Origin: the human T2T-CHM13v2.0 reference genome, Homo sapiens
Length of the DNA: 64,000 nucleotides
NCBI RefSeq assembly: GCF_009914755.1
Contig: NC_060931.1
Strand: one strand, 5' to 3'
Shown: positions 1 through 10,707 of the stretch, piece by piece
Layout: each line of letters begins with the position of its first letter
Numbering within the stretch: position 1 is the first letter of the stretch
Position numbers and translations under genes: made by a program
Notes under the pieces: generated by a model
The model's database searches: none
The model's input: the letters and a program-made list of their open reading frames with translations, nothing else
Told to the model about the DNA's origin: nothing

Positions 1-364
1 TAAAGAAGAGTGAGGTTATCAGTGAACTATGCAAGCATAGCCAAGCTTCATGGCTCTTCATAGGATGCATGTTCACATGGTGGTGGTGTTAGCATGATCT
101 GTAGGTAGAACATCAAAAGTGTACCTATCGAACACTCAAGCAGGGTCAGTGGTCGCAAATGGCTTGAACTGGACTAGAGCTGACTCTAAGTTCCTGAAAA
201 ACAACTTCAGTAACCATCACCATGGTGACCTATATGCCAGAGATGTTATCTGTGAGGAAGCTAGTGCAAGTTCAGTTATATATTGCTTAGCCACATTACC
301 TTTAGCTACATAGATTTTAAAATCAACTAAAGGCAAGTAGCTAAAAACAAGCAAGGCAGGTTAA

Positions 365-860
365 GCTTGGCAGACCTAATCAGGTTAGCCCTTGGTTTCA
401 ACTGTAAGTTGTCTCCCAATAATCCACCTTCCCTTTCTCCATTTTAACAGAAATTTTAGTCTATCTTATGACCACTCAGAATCCCAGTCCCACTACGTAG
501 CCCCGTCTCCCTTGCAGCAATATGATGCCACGTGTCTTAAGTTACGACCAATATGATAGAAGACAACTATCCCATGACAGCTTTTGGGAAACTTCCTTAA
601 GACAGCTAATGTACACCGTGGCCCTTCCTCTCTTTGGCTTCTTCTCCATCCTGCTACCTGGAATGCAGATGCTACCATCTTGCACTGTGGGGTCCAGCTA
701 TGACAGAATGGTAGCTGGAAAGAACTAGGTCCCTGAAGAGATCATGGAATGGAGCTGCCATAATCATCCCAAATTGCCTCCTTTATACTTGTCCTCTCTA
801 AGTAACGTTATTTTGTTATTTTAAAAACAATTCATAGTTAAACACAATCCCAACTAATAT
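365..860 (+). mobile_element. MLT1J-like MaLR solo LTR (ancient, diverged)
   Basis: MLT1J-type blocks: cttccctttctcc..taacagaa, ctcccttgcagc, gcctggaatgcagatg-like, aactaggtccctga, and terminus cacaatcccaactaata. Boundaries approximate. Confidence 0.7.
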
Positions 861-984
861 GGGCACCTTATAGGAAGGCTAAAGGCAGCCTGTCTCCATT
901 TCTAAGATTGACACTTAGCATTCCTAGTAGTGGAGGAACATAGTTTTTCAGAAAGGTCTATAAATTATGCTTTTACTAGGGATT

Positions 985-1160
985 TTACCTATGTTTTTCT
1001 TCACTTCATCCTCATAGGTGGTACCAGGCTCACACTATGAATGATAATATAATATGTTATCAGAGAGATAACATAGGAACTTCGTTTAAGTCTGGGAATT
1101 AAACACAGATCTACCTGACTCAAAACTTACATTTTTTTTTCTATCATTCTATATTGCCTT
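985..1160 (-). mobile_element. MIR fragment
   Basis: gggaattaaacacagatctacctgactcaaaac resembles the reverse complement of the MIR tRNA-derived head. Confidence 0.55.
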
Positions 1161-2982
1161 CTTGATATTCTGCTTTAAGATTCCTCCTCAGTCACATATT
1201 TCTATGGCTGATAGACTGGTTGGTATCCACTTAGCCAGTAGCTTTGAGAGAAGGCTCCAGAGTAGGTGAAAGAAGTTTTCCTTTGTATTAGCAAGTGAAG
1301 ACCGATTTCCAATATAAAGAGAAAATGTCAAGTGTGACTTCTATTTGAGAAAGATTTGAAAATAAATGCTAGATCTGATTTTATATTATCTATAGATTAT
1401 TGGTTTTAACTGGCAGCCCAGGCTGATTTTAGAGTTACGTATACATTTATATTGTCTCATAATATTAAAAAAAAAAAAAGTAATTAGTTGTTAAACTTTA
1501 AAAGGGAAAATCTGGGTTGCTTTCCCACATGACAATCAGCTGATGCTGTGTATGGCTGTCTTTATCAGTGGGCTTGCTATAGTTAGTCAGCCCACTCCAC
1601 TCATTTTCATTACTGACCCTTTCCTGTTAGTCATTTGAGAAGTTTACAGCCTTTGTGTGGACCCTTTTCCTTGAAGATGATTAAACACACAACAGATTGT
1701 TAACAGTTGCCAGTATGTTTGGCAAATTAATTTATCAATCTTAACTTCAGACTTACAGTCCTTATTTGTAAGTATATAAACACCGGTGTATTCTTCTTAT
1801 TTTTAAGAATAATTTGGTGACCTCTAGAGAGGTCTATGCGGTCTCTTCAGAGCACCTATAAACTTCTTTAGAGAAATTCATAGATAAAACAAATTATCTC
1901 TGCATTTTGGAATATAGACTTGGATTATTTCAAAGTCCTAGACATTTTCTACACGGTTCTGTTTGCCCAGTAGGCTTTGAGCCCAGTTGGAATATAGTCC
2001 AGCAAAAGGAGAACTCTTGCGGTGGCGGGATTTTTGCCAAAGCACTCTCTCTCTCATAACACGATGAGGACGTGTTTTTTTTTTCCACTAAATATAGTTT
2101 TCCTATGTCTATGTCCTATGTCCTATGTTCTATGTCTAAAAGGGTTATAATATTGGCAGTAGTAGAGGGAATTTAGCTATAATTGTGTGTAAGATGCAAG
2201 GAAAAAATAAAATGAATTTTGTTTCTTTTATGTTCTAGGAGAGTACATCATTATAACCTTGAAAGTCCAGAGGGAAAACTTCAATAAATATTGATGATGA
2301 TGACCATGAATTAAGCATTCTCTGGAATAGTCAATTAACTATAATGCAATTAGAACAAAGCTCGAAGGCCTACTAAAGGCATGCAGCCAGCCTTTTAAAA
2401 ATGACTGTTGTGGGAAGAGGTTATTGGGTATGTGAGGTACAAGGATTTGTTAGATCTCTGTGCTCCATGACTGCAGAAAACATCAGTTCATTTGCCTTTA
2501 CCTATGAACAGGGAATGATATGAACTTCGGTGTCTACCACTGATAATCAAAATGACAGTCCTATGCCATTCGCTCTTCTTTTACAGTTGACAAAGTCATG
2601 GTAATGAAGCACTTTACAATGACACATTTTGCATATTTTGAGCTCAATGATATCTTAGTCAATTAAATAAAATAGCATTTTTATACCAGTTGGCAGCTTA
2701 GACATTTTCTGTTATTCTATTAAGACAACCACTTTCAGCTTAAACTCCTGACCGATTTTCACAGGTCTCCATGCTCTGATTTCATGCACAAAGCCAGTCT
2801 TATTTTGTGATAGAAACCTTCTGCCTCCCTGACCCACAAACCCATCATGGCCTTTACCCCACACATTTTGTTCTTCTATGAATGGAAATTCTTCCTCTGC
2901 CCTCTATGACAGAAATCCAAAGCCTCCTTAACCTGCTTCTCATATTGACACCCATGGATAATCCCAACTATACAAGGAAGAA

Positions 2983-3200
2983 GGGCAGATATTATGTAGT
3001 TGTCAAGGGCCTAAACTTTGAAGTCATACTTCCTAGGTTCAAGTCTCATTTCAATCAGTTGCCAGCTTGGTTTGGCACTTAATAATCAATCTTAACTTAT
3101 TTTCCTGGACAAACCAAGAATAAATATATCAGCTTCATGGGTTTCTTGGGACCGGTAAATGTAATACTGCATGTAAAGTACCAAACATTATATTAAACCT
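2983..3200 (+). mobile_element. MIR
   Basis: tgtagttgtcaagggc..tttgaagtcatacttcctaggttcaagtctc..gcatgtaaagtacc follows MIR consensus order. Confidence 0.65.
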
Positions 3201-4199
3201 TCAATACGTGTTTAGAATACTAAGGAATTGATCCTTACACTAGTCAGAAAGCACTTGCCTAAAATGAATATACTCTGACATGGAAACTAAAGCTCTGTTT
3301 CTGGAGAGGGCAGAATAGAACCAGTGAGTGGAAATTATATAGACACAGATTTTAGCTCCATCTGAGGAACAGCGCATCGATAAGTAGCCATAGCATTCTT
3401 ATTTCATGATGGAGCAGAGCTTGCTGTCTCTTGGATGGGTTTTTGAGGTGTTGGTGATGAGTACTGTTGTACCTGCTCATTGCACGCTTTCATCATTCAT
3501 GAATTCTCAACCTCTGTCTCCCTCTCTTTTTGGTGTTTGTTATTGTTGTTGTTGCATCAGTTGTTCAATGTTAAAGTTCTGGGTGGAAATATGCAACCGC
3601 TCTCTGTCACACTCTCAAACCATGGCTGTCAGAGGATAGGGAAATCTCCTGGCCTTCCACCCAGGCTCACAAATAAAAGAGGAATTTCTTCCCAAATAGG
3701 ACAAGGTTCAGATGTTGAGTAGTTAAAAAGTATTCTAACAAACAATGATGTCTTTAACTGTTCTTTAACTGTTTTTCAAGTTGGAGCGCTAAGTCTTTGA
3801 AGGCAGAGCCTCTGCATATTTCACAGGTCTCATCATATGATAGGTTCTCAATGAATACATTTCGACATAGAGCTTAAAGTTTGACAGATTTGTTTGGGGG
3901 ATTTATTGCTTTCTATGCTCCACTTAGAGTTTAACAAAGTAATGAATTGTGAGAATTTTATTGTAATATAAGATTGCCCAAATGGTGATTACAGTATGGT
4001 AAGAGAGCCCTAGAATATCTTTTCAAGCTAAATAGACTGTCTCTATTCAAATTAATATCCTGCAGATTGGAGAGTCAAAATGAGAGGGTCATGCCTTGTG
4101 GAGAATACAATCCTACATTGTGTAAAGTATCTTCAGGGAAAATTATAACGGAAAATGAGAGTAGGGAGGGATAAAACCTATTAATATTATTTAATAAAA

Positions 4200-4341
4200 T
4201 TTTTATTGTGAAAGCAATATTTGACTGTTATAGTAAATTTTTAAGATACAGAAAAACACAAACACAAAAGAAAATTTTTTTAAATGTTAATCACCACAAT
4301 TTTGGGGGATGCATTCATATATTGGTTTGTGTGTATGTATG

Positions 4342-4378
<37 letters not shown>

Positions 4379-5200
4379 CACTGTACACATGTATGTATAG
4401 TATGTAGTATATATGTACATTATACATACACACACAAACATGGCCCAATACCATACACACACACACACACACACATATATGGTGTATACTTGTGTTATAT
4501 GTGTGCTTAAAACCACAAATGTATAGCAAACACACCCATATATGCATAGTTGTTATTATAAAACTGTTCTTATATACAGTGCTTATTAATGTGCTATGAA
4601 ATTGTTTTCTTAAAAATGATTCTTGTTATAAGAGAAATAAATGTTTATTGCAAAAAACCCAGAAAATAAAATAAGAAAGTATGTAATACATGCAAATTCT
4701 CAGCAACCCAGAAGTAACCATTGTTTATATCTTCTGGTATAATCTTTCAAAATCCTAGTATATAACAATTACACAGTTTTTTGCAAAATAGATTATCTAT
4801 TTTATAGGATATCTTATAACCTACTTTTAAAGAATAACAATAGGTTATAATCATCTTTCCATGTCAATAGGTCTATTTCTGCACCATCATGATTTATGGC
4901 TATATAGAATTCCACTTGGAGGATATACACAGCTGATTTTCTAAAATACAATAATGGATGTTTAAGTATTTTTTGTTTTTGTTTTTACAAGCAATACTTC
5001 AGTGAACATCCTTGAAACATATTTATTCTTCAAACATATCTATAACTTTATTTCCTTAGGACAAATTCTCAGAAGTATAGTTATTGATGCCAAAGGTATG
5101 CATATATTTATATCTTTGTATAGCAAATTGCACTCTACGATACACATCAGTTTGAAAATAAAAACAGGATATGAGTGTGCATTCTCCTAAAACTAAATAT
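4200..5200 (-). mobile_element. L1ME-type 3' fragments (very old), interrupted by a microsatellite
   Basis: ttttattgtgaaagcaatat.., cccagaagtaaccattgtt.., cagtgaacatccttg..tttccttaggacaaattctcagaagt match antisense L1ME 3' end and ORF2 end. Confidence 0.6.
4322..4500. repeat. Compound (TG)n/(TA)n/(CA)n microsatellite
   Basis: Directly visible. It explains the low-complexity ORFs 4208-4547. Confidence 0.95.
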
Positions 5201-5698
5201 TGGTGTTTTAAATGAGGTTTTAAAATAGATAAATCATTTTGGCATATAAAGTATTATAAAGTTTTCTTTTGTGATTAAGCATTTTAATGTAATTTAAAAG
5301 CCTTGAGTATATTATCTTATAAAGCAACACAATGAAAATGGCATATTACTAAATCTCTGCATATATTTATGAGTATTTTCTCAGGAATATTACCAAATAG
5401 TGATATTTCTGGGAAGAATGTATATTACTATCCTATAGCATGCTGACTTTGGTTAATTTGTCAGGAAAGGATAGTAACACTACAAATGAAGCATTCAAAT
5501 TAATATATAGTTATGTGTGTTTTGTGGATTGAAAAGTTATGTTTGATCTGGTTTTGGTTTTAGTCTTACCAAATTATAAATGGGATTCCATTACAAATAA
5601 AATAAAATATGCATTTACTACTATTACCAATAAGTTTCTACATGATGTGGTTCCTGTATGCCTCTCTGATCCCAACTATGAAATCTTCCAGTCTTCTT

Positions 5699-8099
5699 TT
5701 TTTTTTTTTATTATACTTTAAGTTTTAGGGTACATGTGCACAGCATGCAGGTTAGTTACATATGTATACATGTGCCATGTTGGTGTGCTGCACCCATTAA
5801 CTCGTCATTTAGCATTAGGTATATCTCCTAATGCCATCCCTCCCCCTCCCCCCACCCCACAACAGGCCCGGGTGCGTGATGTTCCCCTTCCTGTGTCCAT
5901 GTGTTCTCATTGTTCAATTCCCACCTATGAGTGAGAACATGCGGTGTTTGGTTTTTTGTCCTTGTGATTGTTTGCTGAGAATGATGGTTTCCAGCTTCAT
6001 CCATGTCCCTACAAAGGACATGAACTCATCATTTTTTATGGCTGCATAGTATTCCATGGTGTATATGTGCCACATTTTCTTAATCCAGTCTATCATTGTT
6101 GGACATTTGGCTTGGTTCCAAGTCTTTGCTATTGTGAATAGTGCCGCAATAAACATACGTGTGCATGTGTCTCTATAGCAGCATGATTTATAGTCCTTTG
6201 GGTATATACCCAGTAATGGGATGGCTGGGTCAAATGGTATTTCTAGTTCTAGATCCCTGAGGAATCACCACACTGACTTCCACAATGGTTGAACTAGTTT
6301 ACAGTCCCACCAACAGTGTAAAAGTGTTCCTATTTCTCCACATCCTCTCTAGCACCTGTTGTTTCCTGACTTTTTAATGATTGCCATTCTAACTGGTGTG
6401 AGATGGTATCTCATTGTGGTTTTGATTTGCATTTCTCTGATAGCCAGTGATGATGAGCATTTTTTCATGAGTCTTTTGGCTGCATAAATGTCTTCTTTTG
6501 AGAAGTGTCTGTTTATATCCTTTGCCCACTTTTTGATAGGGTTGTTTTTTTTTCTTGTAAATTTGTTTGAGTTCATTGTAGATTCTGGATATTATCCCTT
6601 TGTCAGATGAGTAGATTGCAAAAATTTTCTCCCATTCTGTAGGTTGCCTGTTCACTCTGATGGTAGTTTCTTTTGCTGTGCAGAAGTTCTTTAGTTTAAT
6701 TAGATCCCATTTGTCAATTTTGGCTTTTGTTGCCATTGCTTTTGGTGTTTTAGACATGAAGTCCTTGCCCATGGCTATGTCCTGAATGGTATTGCCTAGG
6801 TTTTCTTCTAGGGTTTTTATGGTTTCAGGTCTAATATTTAAGTCTTCAATCCATCTTGAATTAATTTTTGTATAAGGTGTAAGGAAGGGATCCCGTTTCA
6901 GCTTTCTACATATGGCTAGCCAGTTTTCCCAGCACCATTTATTAAATAGGGAATCATTTCCCCATTTCTTGTTTTTGTCAGGTTTGTCAAAGATCAGATG
7001 GTTGTAGATATGCAGCATTATTTCTGTGGGCTCTGTTCTGTTCCGTTGGTCTATATCTCTGTTTTGGTACCAGTACCATGCTGTTTTGGTTACTGCAGCC
7101 TTGTAGTGTAGTTTGAAGTCAGGTAGTGTGATGCCTCCAGCTTTGTTCTTTTGGCTTAGGATTGACTTGGTGATGTGGGCTCTTTTTTGATTCCATATGA
7201 ACTTTAAAGTAGTTTTTTCCAATTCCGTGAAGAAAGTCATTGGTAACTTGATGGGGATGGCATTGAATCTATAAATTACCTTGGGCAGTATGGCCTTTTT
7301 CATGATATTGATTCTTTCTACCCATGAGCATGGAATGTTCTTCCATTTGTTTGTATCCTCTTTTATTTCATTGAGCAGTGGTTCGTAGTTTTCCTTGAAG
7401 AGGTCCTTCACATCCCTTGTAAGTTGGATTCCTAGGTATTTTATCCTCTTTAAAGCAATAGTGAATGGGAGTTCACTCATGATTTCACTCTCTGTTTGTC
7501 TGTTATTGGTGTATAAGAATGCTTGTGATTTTTGCACATTGATTTTGTATCCTGAGACTTTGCTGAATTTGCCTATCAGCTTAAGGAGATTTTGGGCTGA
7601 GACGATGGGGTTTTCTAGATATACAATCATGTCATCTGCAAACAGGGACAATTTGACTTCCTCTTTTCCTAATTGAATACCCCTTATTTCCTTCTCCTGC
7701 CTGATTGCCCTGGCCAGAACTTCCAACACTATGCTGAACAGGAGTGGTGAGAGAGGGCATCGTGTCTTTTGCCAGTTTTCAAAGGGAATGCTTCCAGTTT
7801 TTGCCCATTCAGTACGATATTGGCTGTGAGTTTGTCATAGATAGCTCTTATTATTTTGAGATATGTCCCATCAATACCTAATTTATTGAGAGTTTTTAGC
7901 ATGAAGCGTTGTTGAATTTTGTCAAAGGCTTTTTCTGCATCTATTGAGATAATCATGTGGTTTTTGTCTTTGGTTCTGTTTATATGCCGGATTACGTTTA
8001 TTGATTTGCATATGGTGAACCAGCCTTGCATCCCAGGGATGAAGCCCACTTGATCATCGCGGATAAGCTTTTTGATATGCTGCTGGATTCGGTTTACCA
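5699..8099 (-). mobile_element. L1PA4-like LINE-1, 3' (non-inverted) segment: ORF2 RT/C-terminus, 3'UTR, poly(A)
   Basis: Poly-T at 5697-5709. 3'UTR carries the older GAG diagnostic (aactcgtcat) and cttaaagtataa. ORF2 peptides run from NRIQQHIKK through [12 protein letters not shown] to SLIGGN. Left TSD cagtcttctt at 5689-5698. Confidence 0.95.
5914..8099 (-). pseudogene. Disrupted L1 ORF2 remnant (RT and C-terminal domain, no endonuclease)
   Basis: Split over ORFs 7729-8151, 6389-7729, 6349-6576 and 5914-6156. Frameshifts near 7760 and 6550 and a premature TAG at 6349-6351. RT FADD motif retained. Confidence 0.92.
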
Positions 8100-9114
8100 A
8101 GATGGCCGAATAGGAACATCTCCAGTCTACAGCTCCCAGTATGAGTGACACAGAAGACGGGTGATTTCTGCATTTCCAACTGAGGTACCGGGCTCATCTC
8201 ACTGGGGAGTGTCAGAAAGTGGGTGCAGGACAGTGGGTGCAGGGCACAGAGCATGAGCCAAAGCAGGGCGAGGCATCGCGTCACCCAGGAAGCACAAGGG
8301 GTCAGGGAATTCCTTTTCCTAGTCAAAGAAAGGAGTGACAGATGGCACCTGGAAAATCGGGTCACTCCCACCCTAATACTGCGCTTTTCCAATGGTCTTA
8401 GCAAACGGCACACCAGGAGATTATATCCGGCACCTGGCTCGGAGGGTCCTATGCTCATGGAGCCTTGCTTATTGCTAGCAGAGCAGTGTGAGATCAAACT
8501 TCAAGGCGGCAGCAAGGCTGGGGGAGGGGCGCCTGCCATTGCCGAGGCTTGAGTAGGTAAACAAAGCGGCCAGGAAGCTCGAACTGGGTGGAGCCCACTG
8601 CAGCTCAAGGAGGCCTGCCTTCCTCTGTAGACTCCACCTATGGGGGCAGGGAATAGCCTAACAAAAGCCAGCAGAATCCTCTGCAGACTTAAATGTCCCT
8701 GTCTGACAGCTTTGAAGAGAGTATTGGTTCTCCCAGCATGCAGCTGGAGATCTGATAACGGACAGACTGCTTCCTCAAGTGGGTCCCTGACCCCTGAGTA
8801 GCCTAACTGGGAGGCACTCCCCAGTAGGGGCAGACTGATACCTCACATGGCCGGGTACTCCTCTGAGACAAAAATTCCAGAGGAACGATCAGGCAGCAAC
8901 ATTTGCTGCTCACCAATATCCGCTGTTTTGCAGCCTCCACTGCTGATACCCAGGCAAACAGGGTCTGGAGTGGACCTCCAGCAAACTCCAACAGACCTGC
9001 AGCTGAGGGTCCTGATTGTTAGAAGGAAAACTAACAAACAGAAAGGACATCCACACCAAAACCCCATCTGTACGTCACCATCATCAAAGACCAAAGGTAG
9101 ATAAAACCACAAAG
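8097..9114 (+). promoter_or_regulatory. L1 5'UTR internal promoter (sense and antisense) with YY1 site and retained ~129-bp ZNF93-binding segment
   Basis: YY1 motif caagatggcc at 8098-8107. Segment ~8861-8989, between gggtactcc and aacagacctgcag, is absent from L1HS/L1PA2 and present here. Many CpGs have decayed to TG/CA. Confidence 0.8.
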
Positions 9115-9345
9115 ATGGGGAAAAAACAGAGCAGAAAAACTGGAAAGTCTAAAAATCAGAGCGCCTCTCCTCCTCCAAAGGAATGGAACAAAGCTGGATG
9201 GAGAATGACTTTGACAAGTTGAGAGAAGAAAGTTTCAGACGATCAAACTACTCTGAGCTAAAGGAGGAAGTTCGAACCCATGGCAAAGAAGTTAAAAACC
9301 TTGAAAAAAAATTAGACGAATGGCTAACTAGAACAACCAATGCAG
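8097..9345 (+). mobile_element. Inverted 5' segment of the same L1PA4-like element: near-complete 5'UTR plus ~83 codons of ORF1
   Basis: Begins ccaagatggccgaataggaac (L1 position ~10). ORF1 ATG at 9115 (MGKKQSRKTGKSKNQSASPPPKE), with a ~19-nt frameshifting deletion near 9183. Right TSD cagttttctt at 9343-9352 followed by aa (TCTT/AA endonuclease site). Confidence 0.95.
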
Positions 9346-9352
9346 TTTTCTT

Positions 9353-10160
9353 AACTGTGCTGGTTAACTGCGTTCCAGAGTTTCCGTCCTTGTTTCTTTC
9401 TAACACACCAAGCTTATTCACTCCTGGAATTTTGTGCTTCCTCTCTGCTGATCTATTTATGACTGGCTCTTTATCATTCGGGACTTCATTTATCATTACT
9501 TCAGAGAAGCATTCCAAGACAAGGCTAATTAAAGTGGACAGTGATTATTACTATTGCTCTTCATCAACATTTGTGGTTCTCCTTCTGCCAAGCATGCAGG
9601 AGGATTACATTTTCCTACCTCTTTGAAGTTAGTCATGGCCATGTGACTTGCTTTGGTCTGTCATGTTCATATCTGACACTGTTCAGTGGAAGCCATTAAA
9701 AGCTGGTATATAATTTACCACATGTCCTTACCTATGTCACTGCAATTGATGACATTCAACAGTGAAGCCTCCCTCATCCTGCATACCTGAGAGAGGACGT
9801 GGAACTAAGCACCACACTGAACTAAGCACCACACTGTGATGGACAAATACTGTATGGGAAAAAATAACTTGGTTTTTAAATACCATTCAGACTTTGGGGT
9901 TGCTTATTAGTACAGAATACCTAACACATCCTAATACACAGGTTCCTTCTTCTTTTAATCAATCTCAATACTTTCCTATTTTATTTTATACAGAGCTTTC
10001 ATTATTACATAAAATCATCTTATTTATTCAGTTATGAGTCCACTCACCTCCACCAGTAGCATGTAGAATCCTGAAGAGCAGGAGCTTTGTCTGTCTTGTT
10101 CATTGTTGTATCATCATTGTATGCAATACTGCCTTAAATATTTGTTGAGTAAATGAAAGA
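9353..10160 (+). mobile_element. L2 3' region, interrupted by the L1PA4 (L2 also at ~5635-5690) and by an MLT1
   Basis: L2 terminus: gcaggagctttgtctgtcttgttcattgttgtatc..aaatatttgttgagtaaatgaa. Confidence 0.7.
9535..9940 (+). mobile_element. MLT1J/I-type MaLR LTR nested in L2
   Basis: ggattacattttcctacctctttgaagttag..ggccatgtgacttgctttgg, and 3' end actttggggttgcttattagtacag..cctaataca. Confidence 0.75.
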
Positions 10161-10234
10161 AATGAGAGGAAGGTCTCAACACACGCCTCTGGAATCTAGA
10201 CTAGACAATTTCTTTCCTTTTAAAACAATTGTTC

Positions 10235-10479
10235 AAAACCAAACACCGCATATTCTCACTCATAGGTGGGAATTGAACAATGAGATCACATGGACACAGG
10301 AAGGGGAATATCACACTCTGGGGACTGTGGTGGGGTCGGGGGAGGGGGGAGGGATAGCATTGGGAGATATACCTAATGCTAGATGACACTTTAGTGGGTG
10401 CAGCGCACAAGCATGGCACATGTATACATATGTAACTAACCTGCACAATGTGCACATGTACCCTAAAACTTAGAGTATA

Positions 10480-10513
<34 letters not shown>
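10235..10513 (+). mobile_element. 5'-truncated L1HS (247 bp of ORF2 end and 3'UTR) plus A32 tail
   Basis: Young-L1 bases gcatattc, gagatcaca, gaatatcac, ggggtcggg and the L1HS G in cttagagtataa. The Ta triplet reads ACT (gatgacACTttag). Confidence 0.95.
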
Positions 10514-10514
<1 letters not shown>

Positions 10515-10707
10515 ACATAAAAAAAAAAAAAAAAACAACAAAACAAAGCAAACATGGAAATGTTTGTTATTTTAATTGTTATGATGGTTTCATGGCTGTT
10601 TGCATGTGTCAAAACTCATCAAATTTGTGTACGTTAAATATGTGAAACTTATTGTATGCTGGTTACACCTCAATAAAGCTGTTAAATTTAAAAAAAAAAA
10701 AAAAAAA
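10514..10707 (+). mobile_element. 3' transduction carried by the L1HS (cacat + A17 + 154-bp ancient L1M-type 3' end + A18)
   Basis: Lies inside the 14-bp TSD taaaacaattgttc (10221-10234 and 10708-10721). It has its own AATAAA at 10672-10677, 12 nt before the last poly(A). Confidence 0.93.

Noticed and set aside
1567-1596. agtgggct..agcccact hairpin
   Set aside because: An 8-bp stem is expected by chance in 64 kb, and it has no RNA-gene features.
6389-7729. 446-aa reverse-transcriptase ORF as a functional or novel RT gene
   Set aside because: It is an L1 ORF2 fragment bounded by frameshifts, lacks the EN domain and the N-terminal RT subdomains, and begins at a non-ATG codon.
9183-9626. 147-aa ORF1-flank fusion ORF
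   Set aside because: An ORF1 stub reading by chance into L2/MLT1 sequence, out of frame with the true ORF1 ATG. Nothing supports translation.
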